DNA from: the human T2T-CHM13v2.0 reference genome, Homo sapiens
Strand: one strand, 5' to 3'
Assembly: GCF_009914755.1 (NCBI RefSeq)
Contig: NC_060928.1
DNA length: 64,000 nucleotides
Shown: in pieces, positions 1-13,976 of the stretch
How positions within the stretch are numbered: the first letter of the stretch is position 1
How the letters are laid out: every line of letters begins with the position of its first letter
Position numbers and translations under genes: made by a program
The notes under the pieces: generated by a model
What the model saw: the letters and a program-made list of their open reading frames with translations, nothing else
Databases searched by the model: none
Told to the model about the DNA's origin: nothing

Positions 1-1133
1 ACAGTAGATATATTAGGATGACCAGATCAAAAATAAAAGCTGTTTACTAGAGGGGGTCTACTATGATATTAGCAAAATATTGAAGAAATAGGTTGAGCTG
101 ATCCAAGAGAATATTTTTTGTAGACAGCTTAAAAATAAAGAGTATTTGTAGGCCTATAGACAGAATTCAAGAAAAGTAAATAAATAAATAAATAAAATTT
201 AAAAGTAAAAAAAGCCACACACCTCCAAACAATGTATTTCAGGTCTCTTATATGTCAGTATCTAAAAAGCAGCATTTGAAATTATTAATTATCTAACTGA
301 TAAGATTTCTCAGTAACGGTGGCATGCAAATCTACTAATCTAACTTAAAAGGAGGGGAATAAAGATAGAGAAAAAAGTTCATAGCTCAAGTCAGTGAAGA
401 AATAATTTGAGAGAAGCATCCATCCATCAGGAAAGTACTTAATCCTCTTTTTGCATAAAATGTGACATTTTACATCGAGTGGCTAATTTGCACATATTAA
501 AGATGGCATGTTTATAAATAATGAGATTGTCAATAGGTTTATGCTGAAGTGGTGAGATGCCAGAAGTATTGAAATTTGTAGAAGTAAATTCATTTTTATA
601 ACTGGCATTTAATCAACTCAGCTGTCAGTTTAGATGGGAAACCTATTCTCTAGAGCAAATAAGAGATGGAAATCTTGAGATGACAAATTAATGAATTAGC
701 TGTTGTCAGGTTAAACTCAATAATATAAGGTAATCAGCCTTCATCTTTATATTAAATTACTGCATTATCAGTGCGAAGTTTGACAGCAAGTCAGATTTCT
801 GACAAGTTTAAATTATTTCTAAATGAAATATCTATCAGGATCCACTGTATAAACCCCAAATTCTACCTTACCTTATTTTTTGCATGAAATCATGTGAAGA
901 ATTACCTTATGTAAAAGTGTTGTTACTGCTTAAGTTCCAAGCATAAATATTTTATCAAAAAAAAAATGCATCTCATATACTGCATGTGATTCTGAGTAAG
1001 AATGGGGACAGGGAATGCAAAGAAGAAGGAATCATTCCAGCGGAAATAGCGTGGAGAAGGGTAGCTGGGGTTTAGAGAAGGAAGAAGATGAAACCCCAGG
1101 CTAAACTGTGCATCGTTTGCCTGTGGCTCTTAG

Positions 1134-1300
1134 AAACCTCTTGGCCAATCCTTTTAACTGTAACTGCTACCTGGCTTGGTTGGGAGAGTGGCTGAGAAAG
1201 AAGAGAATTGTCACGGGAAATCCTAGATGTCAAAAACCATACTTCCTGAAAGAAATACCCATCCAGGATGTGGCCATTCAGGACTTCACTTGTGATGACG
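1134..1300 (+). CDS. SLIT2: SLIT2 coding exon (~exon 20), end of LRR domain 3 and LRRCT
   Basis: tag|A AAC CTC ... GAC G|gtaag; 167 nt; encodes [55 protein letters not shown], a typical Slit LRRCT. Confidence 0.97.
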
Positions 1301-2174
1301 GTAAGAAATACTTATCAACTCTTTGATTGTCAGGCATTCACATGCCTGTTCTGATGCAGCTTTGCACAAATCTACAGCATAGTTCAGCTCAGCAAATAAT
1401 GATCGTGTATCTTTTGCTTTGTCGTTTGGGTTTTGTTTTAGTGCCAGGACACTTACTTTCTTAGACTTGCCTTCCACATTTGAGTCTACTTGATGTGCAT
1501 TTCTGAATGTTTTAGATTTTCTAGTTTCCAACTTGTGGTTGGTCTTACTTATATAGCTTCATTTTAACTTTTCTTTATTACCCTAGGCATGTTTTTTAGT
1601 ACCTACCATTTTCAAAGGAGAAAAGAAATTAACTTACAGAAGTTTTAGTAAATCTGACAAAAATACTAGTTGTCACTTTTTAATGCTCTTTCTATATCAT
1701 CACATTTGATTCTCATATAGCCCTATCAGGTACATAGAACAAGTTCTATTATTATTGCCAATGAACGGAGAGCTAATTTGAGCTTTATAAATGAGGAACC
1801 TAAACTTTTAAGTTAATATATTCCCTTATGTCTCTTCATATCTGTTTCCGTGCCGTTTCTCTGTAATTCACTTTACATTTACATATTGTAATTAAAAATA
1901 TAATTTGTACAAATAACTATTTTCCATTGTATTGGTAATTGTAATTACAGTTTACAAATTGCAAGCCATTTTCCAGAATTCTTCCCTAGGCAGTCTGAAA
2001 ACAGTGCTATATAGAACTTACGGTATCAATTAGTAAATACTGAATGTCCCGCAAATAAATGATTATGTAGCTTAAGACTCTTGTGTTTGTTAAGTTAATT
2101 TAAAGGCATAAAATCCCTTCTAGCACCTTCAAGACCACAAATCTTGGTTTTCCTGTATTTCCTCTGCGATTTAG

Positions 2175-2307
2175 GAAATGATGACAATAGTTGCTCCCCA
2201 CTTTCTCGCTGTCCTACTGAATGTACTTGCTTGGATACAGTCGTCCGATGTAGCAACAAGGGTTTGAAGGTCTTGCCGAAAGGTATTCCAAGAGATGTCA
2301 CAGAGTT
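2175..2307 (+). CDS. SLIT2: SLIT2 coding exon (~21), LRRNT of domain 4
   Basis: ttag|GA AAT ... GAG TT|gtaag; 133 nt; [45 protein letters not shown]; phase matches previous exon. Confidence 0.97.
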
Positions 2308-2492
2308 GTAAGTAGAGCTTGTCTTTCTTTTCTTTTCTTTTTCCTTGATGATAAATGTTTCATACACCCAGAGGAATGGACAAAAATCTTTACAATCTTC
2401 TTTACAAATCATATTCTAAGGCCAGTTAATTATTATCCTGTAAAATGGTAAATAAGTAATGCAAAAGCTACTTTAGAGGCCCTTGGGAATTG

Positions 2493-2493
<1 letters not shown>

Positions 2494-2535
<42 letters not shown>
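2494..2535. repeat. (TG)~21 microsatellite
   Basis: perfect TG run. Confidence 0.95.
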
Positions 2536-2537
<2 letters not shown>

Positions 2538-3660
2538 ATAAGATTTCTCAGTGCCTTTACTATGCTAAAGTGTACTATGACTCTTCAAGAAACAATGGTA
2601 AAATATAAGGTATCTTTCACATTTATTTGTTCCTATACCCCTTTTCTCATGGAGCATCTTACAAGACTAATGGCCCATGGAATGCACTTTGGGAAATGCT
2701 TTATATTTCATTTACTTACAGTCTAGGATATTCTGTACAGGAAACTTTTTTTTTTACCTCTGTGACCCCTAGGAGAAAATTTTACCACATGGGATAAATA
2801 ACTATCTGGTATATGGAAGAAACTAGCATAATCTCTTCCCTTAAGAAGAGATGCTGCTTTTGGAGGCTTGAATCAAAGTCCTTTAGATCCTAAAGGGTAT
2901 GGGACCAATTATCCTTGACATTTTCATAACTGATATTTAACCACAAATTATATGGCCAGTATATACACATCTCGACCTTCTTCTGCACTGCCCACGCTCC
3001 CTTGGCTGCCTCATGCTACAGTTGCAGAATGGAATTCATTAGAGAATATGCTGCCAGAATAATGATGCTTCCATGCCCCATTCATTCCATTCCTTTGTCT
3101 CTAAACTGTCATATTCTGGATATGCTTGATCTGAATACAGTTGAGTCACTTTGCCTGTTTATTTTTTATCTATGTGGAACTATGGATCAATAATGATTTA
3201 AACCCAAATGTAATTTATGCAGATGTGTATCAGTTATTTGTGCAGATGCACACACATATTCCAAATGAGCAGGTTTGACAAACTTTTGACAGTGTGCAAC
3301 ATAGGTAATGAGGTTCAAGGGCATGTCATTTCAATTTTTAAGGATCTTATTTTCAAATCACGTGCAATTCTTTAAACCCTAAGTTTGATCCTGAATAGAA
3401 CACTTAGAGGAAAAAGGCACAAACTTAGCACATGTGCTTAGAACACGGCTCTTAGATTTGAACTGCTGTTAAGTGCTTAGGTCCTCTCTCACTACCAATC
3501 ACATTGGTTAATCAACTGGAAGGACTATTTTATATGTATATGTGTGTAATTAAATATTTAATTCTTATAGTAATGTTTTTTATTTCAGAAGATCACATAG
3601 GGATATTCCGAAACCCTCCTCTGTGGGAAAGCTAGATGCCTATAGAATATTCTGTGTCCA

Positions 3661-3892
3661 CAGGATGGGGAACATCACACACCGGGGCCTGTCTTGGTGT
3701 GGGGGGATGGGGGAGGGATAGCATTAGGAGAAATACCTAATGTAAATGGCAAGTTAGTGGGTGCAGCAAACCAGCATGGCACATGTATACATACGTAACA
3801 AACCTGCATGTTGTGCACATGTACCCTAGAATTTAAAGTATAGTAAAAAAATAAAATATAAAGCAGAGATAGTTAAAATAAAAAATAAAAAA
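3661..3892 (+). mobile_element. 5'-truncated L1PA 3' end with poly(A) and 17-bp TSD
   Basis: gggaacatcacacaccggggcctgt...gtaacaaacctgcatgttgtgcacatgtaccctaga; TSD agaatattctgtgtcca at 3644-3660 and 3893-3909. Confidence 0.92.
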
Positions 3893-5699
3893 AGAATATT
3901 CTGTGTCCAAAGCATTAATTTTAGGAGTACACCAATGAAGAACTTACACTCAGACCACCTTTGATGCTAAATCCCTTCTTCTACAATTTTAACTGGACTA
4001 TGTATTGGTCACTTTACTCTATTCCCATTAAATAACTTTAAACATTTCTTACTAAGCTCCATTGGACATCCTGCTTGGTGCATACCCTGTGCTATCTACA
4101 GCATATTTCAACTATTCAAAAAGTTGAATTTTCAATCTATTTTACTACAAATTATTAAAAAGTAGTCTTTTTTTCCAAAGAAAGTTTGTCATAGAGATGA
4201 GAAAAATATTAGCTTATCTGTTTTGAATTCAAGTTTTACCCCCTGGAGAGCTTATTCTTGTAACCTTACCAAGTCAGCAGAATCCTTCTTAGCAGTAACA
4301 TATATGCATGTATTAGAAGAATTTCATATGTGTATTACATTAAATAATTAAAGACTTTGGCAAAAATTAGTATTATTGGTGGACTAGTTTTAACAAATGG
4401 TATCCATTATTTTTAATCAGTTCCATATAACTTCCGCCTTAGATTATTTTACATATAAACATTCATAGCGCACATTCTGAATCTTGACCTTCTGCTGTGT
4501 TTTCTGGAATAAAGGGAGAGTGCTGAACTATATAGGGTGATGCTTCCCTCTAGTGGTATCAAGAAAAACTTAGGTAGAGGAAAGAAAAAAATGGAGAGGG
4601 GTCGAAGAAGAAATATCAAGTCAGAAAATTTAGGTAGACATGATGAGTCATAACATAGACCCAATTATTTATCAAACATTAATTATATTTTCTGATAACT
4701 GGTGCCTTTTATATCATTGTTTTTATTTTGAAATATTGGGAATAAATTATCATCTTAGACAACTTCTCAGCTATTTCTATATCCAGAAAAAATACCAACT
4801 TCAACCTGGAATCTTGAAATGGACCACAACATTGGGGTAGGAACGGCCACATGTTTAATGTCCCAGAAGTGTCTGTGGGCACATGTATAGCCAGATGGCC
4901 CCAGTTTCTGAATGACATTTGCACCCTTCACCATCTACGTTCTAGGAAAAACAGCCTTGGAAGGAGATGAAATTTATTTTCCTTATTGTGACATAATAGA
5001 TATAACTTCAGGCATTCGATTATCTCTCTGTCCTGCCAGTTAGCCCAAAACCTATTTTCTGATTATTCTTCTGACTCTAATAAGAAGGGAAAGTTTACTT
5101 ATATATGGTTATTTGATTATTGCTGTTACATATATATATATATATATTTATACACTTCATCAATTTATATTCTATAAAATCTCCTAATGTTATCATCACC
5201 AAGAAGATATATGCTGGTTACAACTATTTTTAAACTTAAACCTAATATGTTCAAATCCGCAAATATGCCTTTAATGTGTCCATTGTTATTCACTAAGTGT
5301 ATTGACACATATTAAGGCAGCAATGAGTGGTCTTGGCCACAGCAGCAAGGTTTTGTTACTAGTTAATGAATTTCATGGTATTGTGTCCACATAAACACAA
5401 GCAAACTGAAGGCTGACTAAAAGTACGGTTAATTGAATGAATCTCCTTGCTTGCACACAGATGGCTAAATGCTGGGCTTGCCTTGTTAGATAAACCACAA
5501 AGAACTGGACTCGTGGACAACTCTGCTTTTTTTTTTTCTTTACTTCTCTTAAATAATAATCCATGCTTGGAACACGACATCTTAAAGCAAAAATTGCCAA
5601 GGGGTTCCTTGCCTCAGTTAAGAGTGAAGTACTGTTTACTTATTTTATTCAAGGCCACCATTACTTTGTAAGAAGATAATATTGTTCCATTGTTTTTAG

Positions 5700-5768
5700 G
5701 TATCTGGATGGAAACCAATTTACACTGGTTCCCAAGGAACTCTCCAACTACAAACATTTAACACTTAT
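5700..5768 (+). CDS. SLIT2: SLIT2 coding exon (~22), single LRR
   Basis: tttag|G TAT CTG ... CTT AT|gtgag; 69 nt; [23 protein letters not shown]. Confidence 0.96.
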
Positions 5769-8156
5769 GTGAGTAACATATTGCACTTTTCTTTGACTTA
5801 CTCTATTTCCAGAAAATGGGGATGGCAAGGGACAGAAGATTTAGTGAACCTTCCAGATAATACAAATCATTCACAGTTAGATGTTTCCCTCCTTGCTCAT
5901 TGCGGTTCTGGACCCCTGGCTACATCTTCATTGAATATCGATCAGGCGATGGAGTGTCTTAGCAAGAGGTCCTCCTCTATTCAAAAAAGCACAAATACAA
6001 CGAAGTCTGAGTAGTCAGAGAATTATGAAAATGTATAAACCTGCAGATTTTTATTGATAATGAATATGGGTTATTTTATGACAAACTAAGGAAGGAAAGA
6101 TAGAAAACGATGCCTTTATTCTTGACTTTAAGCGAAAGATGGTAGGTGGTAATGACTTTCCCAAAAATGTAAATGTAGTTTATTATGTTTGTTTCTTATA
6201 CAAAGCATTGTTAAATAAGTTATGGGTTTCCAGTATTAAAATGTATTTTAGAAAATCCATATATATTCATGTAGTGTTTAAGTAAACTTGACAAAGATAC
6301 TAACATTTTGAGTATAAATTTCAAAATTTTGATTTTTTAGCTTAAAATAACATCTCTTTTTTTATTAATGTAAACAACCTTTGACAACCCTTAAGTTGTA
6401 AATACAAGAAGATATTTAAATATACAAACATTTGATCTAGTTACATGCACAATGTTTAAAAATTGATATAATCTTTTACATATAATACTATACTTTTAAA
6501 GTAGCCTTATTGGTAATTGAGAAAACTTTTCAGAACACAAAAAATCAGGAAAAAGATAGTAGATATTAATAGAAAGTACCGTATCATTTGTTTAAGTCTA
6601 TCTAATTTTAGAGTAAATATTACTAGCGTAAGAAGCAGATTACTGGTTAACGAATTAGAAGGTTTATTTCTAAGTGAATTCTACAAACCTAAGTAGCAAA
6701 AAATATTACATGCCCCAATGTAAACTAGGTACATTGAAGCTAGTTAAAATTGCTGCTGATCACTTTCCTTGAAAGTATGGGTAAATCAAACACTTTATAG
6801 AAAGTAAATAGGAGTATTTAAATGACAAATGATTAAACAATGGAAAAAGATATCCTCTAAGATGTCTTGTTCTGCTTCTAGTTATTTATTTGATAGCAGC
6901 AAGAACTGATTACATACATTTTGTTCTGTTAAATAAACCATTAAATTGCTGCAATTTCCAAAGGGTCACTTTAGCAGAATTGGGTCATTTGTGGGACAGC
7001 ATGTGATTACTTTCAAGCCAGTTCGAAATGACAAATGAGGATTTGTGGATCCAAAAATGGTTTTACTAGTGACTCATGATACAACTCTAGGCAAGTTACT
7101 TCTGCTAATACAGATACTTTTATTTTTAAAATTTAGGAATAGTTCTTCAGCAGTTAAAAATATGAGTATAAAGCTCCTCTCAGATTCTTAACATTTTCAC
7201 AATTTCATGGGTCCATTTTACTGACATTTTGATATTTTAATAAAGGAATAGATTATCCTCGGTTTTTCTGAATCTTCCATTTATTCATATATTTTGCATT
7301 TTGCTTCAGAAAAAAATTAGTGAATATATTTAGTTATTATAAATGGTGAATATATATTAGTATTACATATTGTATATATATTTTAATATATTTTTTACAT
7401 ATATAGTGTGTGTATATATACACTATATATATAATGAGAATAAGATCAAGTTCATGAAATGTAAATTACGACCCATAGTACAAACTATACATATAAGTAG
7501 CCATTTAACATTGGTAAAAATTCAACGTCTCTCCCATTTACTTAACATTCATTAAACAAATATTTATTGAGGACCTACTGTGTGACCATGACTCAGCCAG
7601 GGGCAGGAGCACAGACGTTTTTATTGATGACATTTTGAATGTAATTAATCAGGGGTTCTTTCAGTGATCAAATTTGAGTCTGTGTATCAGTGAACATATG
7701 TATCAATGAGGGTAAAGTATGTGTATCTGATAGGACTTTTGAAGATAAGGGTTTATTTCCCACCGGCAAAATTTTGTCTATCGCAAGTCACCTCCAAGGA
7801 AGCTCCCTGTAAAATATCAAAAGCCTTATGGAGATGGGCGCAGAGGGATAAGGGCAAATAAACTCTGCTCTGAAGCTGCTGCTTTGAAGTGAACCAACCC
7901 CTTGCACGTACACTACATTGGCTAAAGCAATGCATATATATATAATCACTCCTAATTTCAAAACAGTGAGGTGTAAATAATCATGAATAACATTGCAATC
8001 TACTCCAGTGGGTCGTTCACTGTTTTATTGTTTTCAGATAACAGCTGAATGCTAACAATACTGCTATGACTATAAGAAGACCCTTCTCCTTCTAAGAATC
8101 ACTAATATTTTCATTTCTGTGGTTAATAGTGTACTCCATTTCTTTTTCTCTTTTAG

Positions 8157-8228
8157 AGACTTAAGTAACAACAGAATAAGCACGCTTTCTAATCAGAGCT
8201 TCAGCAACATGACCCAGCTCCTCACCTT
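8157..8228 (+). CDS. SLIT2: SLIT2 coding exon (~23), single LRR
   Basis: ttttag|A GAC ... ACC TT|gtgag; 72 nt; [24 protein letters not shown]. Confidence 0.96.
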
Positions 8229-8725
8229 GTGAGTGTGAAAGTGTGGTACTGAGTATTCATTAATTCAATGGACAAAAGGCAGTCTCTAGATGCTGGACAT
8301 TGCTATTGAACAAGACAGTCTCTACCCTCAAGGAATGTTTCTATTGGGAGAAACAGACAAAACCACGATACGTGAACAATGTAGACATTAGGAAAAGTAT
8401 TGCGTTCTATTAAAAAAAACAAAGAATAATTTGTGTTTGTGGGGGGCTTAGGGGAGATCCCTAAGATAGGGAAAATCCACCTTAGGGAAGGGACGGCTGA
8501 CGCACCAAAGTTGGGCAGGAGTAGGCAGCGGGAAGCATTCTAGGTTGTATTTAGGAAATAAGTATGTTGTGTTAGGGAGACAACACACAAAAAATAACAA
8601 TATATTGTGTGTTAACACTATCAGTTAATAAGATGCTTTAATAAGCCTTAACTGCTTTATTTTTGGAAGTATTTGGCCATTTTTGGATTTCTGAATAAAA
8701 CAAATTGACATATGTATGCTTTCAG

Positions 8726-8797
8726 AATTCTTAGTTACAACCGTCTGAGATGTATTCCTCCTCGCACCTTTGATGGATTAAAGTCTCTTCGATTACT
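8726..8797 (+). CDS. SLIT2: SLIT2 coding exon (~24), single LRR
   Basis: ttcag|A ATT ... TTA CT|gtaag; 72 nt; [24 protein letters not shown]. Confidence 0.96.
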
Positions 8798-10495
8798 GTA
8801 AGCATCTTGTGTTCAACAGAATATCTCTTTTCTCAGAGATCTGAGTTTGGGGTTGTCTTTTTAAGGATGTAACTGCTTTGTTGATTCTTGGTGCTTGAAG
8901 ATACATGCATTAGGATTTATTATAAATTAGGAAATAGAAAAATCATTTCTTACAGTATCATTGTCCAACAGCTTTGCTTTGGACAATATAACTTCCTTTT
9001 TAGTAATACTGATTGTTGTTATAGTCATTTATTTGATTATATGTAACATTAAGACATATGGTTTATAGAGTTTCAATTAACTTTGAAAGAAACTTTCAAA
9101 ATTGAGAAACTTTCAAAATTAATTTCTTTAGAAATTACATAGTATATGAAAACATTTTTACTGTGAAATGTCCTTTAAAATATGTGAAATAAAACATGAT
9201 CCTTGATCCTACTCTCCTGCCTCAGAATTTACAGTTTGATGTGCTCTCTGGTCCTTTTTCAGATGCATTTTTTTCTATTCTAATAGATGTAGGCCCATGG
9301 CTATATAGCTTTTAAAAGCCACAGATATTAATAGGATCTGTTTTTGTTCTGCCATTGTCTATTTTTGTTTAACATATGCTTTTGAATATTTCAAGTCTAT
9401 CATATATATGAATAAAAATATATATATAAGAATGGAATAGATATATATTTATACATATATATAACTCAACTGTTTAACTGGTAGAGACTGTTGTATTGGT
9501 GGGAGGAACCAGAACTGATTCAATCATCTTCATCTTTACTGTGATTTGGTTTAATTTCAAATTTTAATGAGTACTATACAGTACTCTAATGAACATCCTA
9601 TACATTCCTCTTGGTGCAAATGTGCTGGCATTTCAGCAAGAATTTAGGGTGTGTGGGAAGGTACTGTCAAGTATATTGGAAGGATTCCAAAAGTAACTGT
9701 CTTGTTATTCCCCAGACAAGACTTTGTCCATTTAGAAGTTAATTTTTCCACCAACTATTTAAGAGTACCTTTTTCAAAACACTCTTGCAAACACTGAATA
9801 TTATTTATTCTTTTATTTTTGTCCATATGACAGATTCAAAGTTATTCTGCGTTCCTGTCTTAATTTGCACTTCCAATTAGTAGAGCATTTGAATATATTT
9901 TATTTGTTTACTAAGCACTCGTGCTTTTTATTCTAATGAGCTTGATCTATCATTTCCCCATTTTCTGTTGGGTACTTTATATTTTCCTTATTAATGTAGA
10001 TATCTTTATGCATATACTACTTTACTCTATGCTTGCAGGGGTTTTTTTTAAATGAAAGAATTAATCCTTATATCTTATATAAGTTGCAAATATATATTAT
10101 TCTATTTCTTATATGGAATATTTTATTGTTTGGATATATTTTATGTTGTCAAAAATTTCTCCCTCTTTTCCTTGATGGTTTCTGGATGTTATAACTGAGC
10201 CTTTGAAAGCCTTCCTCACTCCACATTTATAAAAGGAAGATCTTCTTTATTTTCTTTTAATACATTTTTATTTTTACATTTAATTCTTCATTCTGGAATT
10301 TATTTTGTACACATAATGTGAGGTGGAAGCCATTTGCTTTCTCAGGTATCCAGTTGTACCAAAACTGTTTATTTTATAGACCGTCTTTTCTGCACTCATT
10401 TAAAATGCTTATTATAAACTAAAGTCTCGGAATTTCTCTGGAGTCTATGAGTTCAGAAATATAGGAAGTTTAATTTTTCTTTTTCTTTCTTTTAG

Positions 10496-10567
10496 TTCTC
10501 TACATGGAAATGACATTTCTGTTGTGCCTGAAGGTGCTTTCAATGATCTTTCTGCATTATCACATCT
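10496..10567 (+). CDS. SLIT2: SLIT2 coding exon (~25), single LRR
   Basis: long pyrimidine tract, tttag|T TCT ... CAT CT|gtgag; 72 nt; [24 protein letters not shown]. Confidence 0.96.
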
Positions 10568-12030
10568 GTGAGTACCTAGTTTATGAATATAGGTTTAGGG
10601 TCAAACACTTCCTAATGAGTGACTTGGAACATTCCTCTGCCAGTTATTTTACTGTAACATCATAAGATGTAATTGGTTTCATCTTTAAAGAAAATGTGAA
10701 GATTTTCAAACTGGATATGATGCCTTCTGCAAGATGGCTTTAATTTTCCCTTCTGGCTCTTATTTTCCAGTAGTCGAATTATCTTTGCTTAGCTAAACAT
10801 GTCTCTTCTACAAATATGGCTCTCCAACTTTACTAGCCTATGCTTTTTCTCTCATTATTATCTGATTCTAGAACATCAGCTCCCTTTTAATTATCTATAC
10901 TAACCCTGCTTTTCTAAGTCACATCTCAAGTATCACCTTCTCTATGAAGCCTCTCCTGATTTGCTCAAAGTGGATTTACTTATTCAGCATCAACTGTGGC
11001 ACCACACAAAAATAAATTCAACATGGTTCGAGACTATAGTTTGGAAGTAAGACACAGCCAAATACTTAGATTGGGTGAAATGGCTTTTCCTTTATGTTTT
11101 CTCTGATCACAACTTGTTTGTACCTCCATAGTTTTTGGAAGTACAGTATAACCATTTGAAAATATGTGATAAGTGTGGTCCAAAAAACTCATTTGGGTCA
11201 AATTCCATGATTTTATTATTACTAGGTGTAATGTTAAGATCATGGCAAACCTAGAAGGAAGTTCAGCCAGCAGCCTTAGGATCCAAAGCCTCCTTGGCTG
11301 ATGCTGAGTTGGGTGCTTGGTGGCAACTATCTATTTAACTATGCCTAAATAGCAATGTCAGTTGTGCCCCAGTTTCCTAGAAGAGATTGCCTGCCATATC
11401 CTCTCCTGGTTTTGCACTTCTCTCGAAAACCCACAAACTCCAAGAAGATACGATTTTACAAAATTGAGAAAGGAATAATCATTTTTCACTCCAAAAATAT
11501 ACATATGATTGGAATTTTAAAATTTGCCACCCAAAAGTCTACGCTTTTACATCTTCTTTGAATTGAATTGAAGATCCAATGTTCAATCACATTATGTCTG
11601 CATTTGCCTTATAGAGTCTGTGTTATCAATTGATGTTTTGTACATCAGTCTATCAGACTGGTGCCTATTAATATTCCTTCCACTAAACTACTAGGTCCAG
11701 GAAGGCAGAGCCTTTACATTTTCGTGTTTGAGCCAAGAACCTACCTCTAAGTCACTCCTTTACAAACTCCATGGCTGCCACGTGCATGAGCTGCAATATG
11801 AAGGAAGCTACTAGCTCAGAGATGCAGGGCTGTGGTGCCCTCAGGCAGAGAATGCAGGCTGAATGAGGAGGTAGCCGTTCTGCTAGTGTTATGGTCAGGC
11901 ATCAGAAAAGGCTTCACAGGAAAGGTGCTGCTTGAGCTGAGCGGAACTTCCCTTCATGTTACCAGCCTCCTCCCGCAACAGTGAGAGCAAGTAGAGTCTT
12001 CCTTGTTCTGTGCCCTGCTCTGCCTTGCAT

Positions 12031-12131
12031 TTCTTTTTTTTTTTTTCTTTATATATATAAAGAAATTTTACATTTTATATTTTATTATACTTTAAGTTCT
12101 AGTGTACATGTGCACAACGTGCAGGTTTGTT
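12031..12131 (-). mobile_element. Very short L1PA 3'-terminal fragment
   Basis: poly-T then ttattatactttaagttctagtgtacatgtgcacaacgtgcaggtttgtt, the reverse complement of the L1PA end. Confidence 0.85.
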
Positions 12132-12544
12132 TGTGCCTTGTCTTTTACCCCCTAGATCATAAAGAGCTCTGCTTTTTCACTTTTCCCACTTCCTCCCCTG
12201 TCACATCAAGGACTTAAATGTTGATAGAGATGAGATCAAATGACTAAAAAACATCATTTTGCTCATTTTTAATTTGGAAGGGTTTGAATCTGACATACAT
12301 ATGCAGGTAACATTCACTACATTCTGATTCTTAAACGGGGCATTAAAACTTCCACAGTATCGAGTATTATGATTCTACACATATATTTCAGGGGCTACCT
12401 AAAAAAAATAAGATAACTATCCTGACGGTAGACCTAGTAGGATTACTAGTTAGAAGCTAATTGTAAATCAGAAGTAAGCAGTTTTTAAATGCCATTGTAT
12501 GCATCTACGGCTTCAATCCAACCTTTATAAGGTTATGAGTCCAG

Positions 12545-12690
12545 GTCTCAGTTTCTTAATCTGTAAAGTCAATTATTAATTAAATGGACCTTATAAAGTT
12601 ACTATTTAGGATAAAATGAAGTAATTCTTATAAATGGCTTATCCCAGCTCCTGCATATAGTAATAGTGCAATAAATGTTAGCTATTACCT
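12545..12690 (+). mobile_element. MIR fragment
   Basis: ctcagtttcttaatctgtaaa ... ataaatgttagctatta, MIR core/tail similarity. Confidence 0.6.
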
Positions 12691-13404
12691 TGATTACTTT
12701 CCTGTCACTACTTCTAATGAACAACCGTAAAATGAACGATCTTGAAAAGTGACAGACAGCACCCAGTGCAGGTCCAGCTCAGCTCTGGTGAGCTAGCTCT
12801 AGACATCTTCAGTATTTTATGTTCTTTCTTTGTACTTACCTGTCCTTTATCTGTATCATTATTCCCAACCTTTCTTTCTACTTAACTCTAACTATCCTAC
12901 ACAGCTTAGACTTTCTTAACCACCAGCCTCCCAGAAAAGTTAATCTGTTTGTTCACCATCATCTTGTAAATACTTCTCCTACATCACTTCTAATGAAACT
13001 TCTTTGCATCTGTGAGTATATCCCAATGCTAATGCTAATCTCCTCTGCAGCAGGGGTTCTTTGGAGGTAAGAATAATGCATTATTTATATTTGGGTCCTC
13101 AGAACCTTGCATTGTGACTTAAGTCATCAGTAAATAATTGGTGAATGAAATAGTAATGCACTCGGTGTGTTTACACTCAATATAAACACGTCTCTGAAAA
13201 TATTAGGAGACCTTCTAAAGCAACATGAGTGTTGACACCAGTGACAACTCACTAAATCCCAATGCACATCATTCAGGAAAATGGGGAATCCCCAGTGTCT
13301 CTATTTTTTTGCTAAATTGTTATCCTCAATAAATCTATGGGGATTTTCTGCTGAGCATCACTTTGAATTCTTTTGCCCTTAGGAAATAACAATACTTCCA
13401 TACT

Positions 13405-13450
13405 TGTGTGTGTGTGTGTGTGTGTATGTGTGTGTGTGTATGTGTGTGTG
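13405..13450 (+). repeat. (TG)~23 repeat next to the 3' splice site of the 164-nt exon
   Basis: TG run with two TA interruptions, ending 23 nt before the exon start. Confidence 0.95.
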
Positions 13451-13473
13451 CTTCTGTGGTGTTGTTTTTCCAG

Positions 13474-13637
13474 AGCAATTGGAGCCAACCCTCTTTACTG
13501 TGATTGTAACATGCAGTGGTTATCCGACTGGGTGAAGTCGGAATATAAGGAGCCTGGAATTGCTCGTTGTGCTGGTCCTGGAGAAATGGCAGATAAACTT
13601 TTACTCACAACTCCCTCCAAAAAATTTACCTGTCAAG
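13474..13637 (+). CDS. SLIT2: SLIT2 coding exon (~26), LRRCT of domain 4
   Basis: ttccag|A GCA ... CAA G|gtatg; 164 nt; [54 protein letters not shown]. Confidence 0.97.
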
Positions 13638-13976
13638 GTATGGTTTTTAATCATTTGTATTTCTTTTAAGAATTACTATATTAAGTAAAAAAGAAAAAGA
13701 CAACCAATTGTCAATCCAAAGGTATGGTTGAAATGCCCAGTAAATGATTATTTTTTCAGCCCATGCTTGGACAAGACAGAGCAGTTACCTGAGGTGCCCA
13801 AGTAAAGAATTAGGCTTTTCAAATAAATCTCAGAAATAGTCCATTGGTAATGACCAAGTTTTCTTGAAAGTGTATCAAAAAACGTAGAGTTCACAATTTC
13901 TGGAAATTCCTTTCATAGCCTCTAACAAGTCAAATGTTTTGCTTTTGCCCTGTCTGAACATGTGCCCTGCTCCTAG

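Noticed and set aside
13034-13072. ctaat branch + cagcag acceptor + GAG|GTAAGA donor, a 13/16-nt micro-exon
   Set aside because: Neither length keeps frame, the pyrimidine tract is short, and it seems to sit in an L2 remnant; likely a chance cryptic site.
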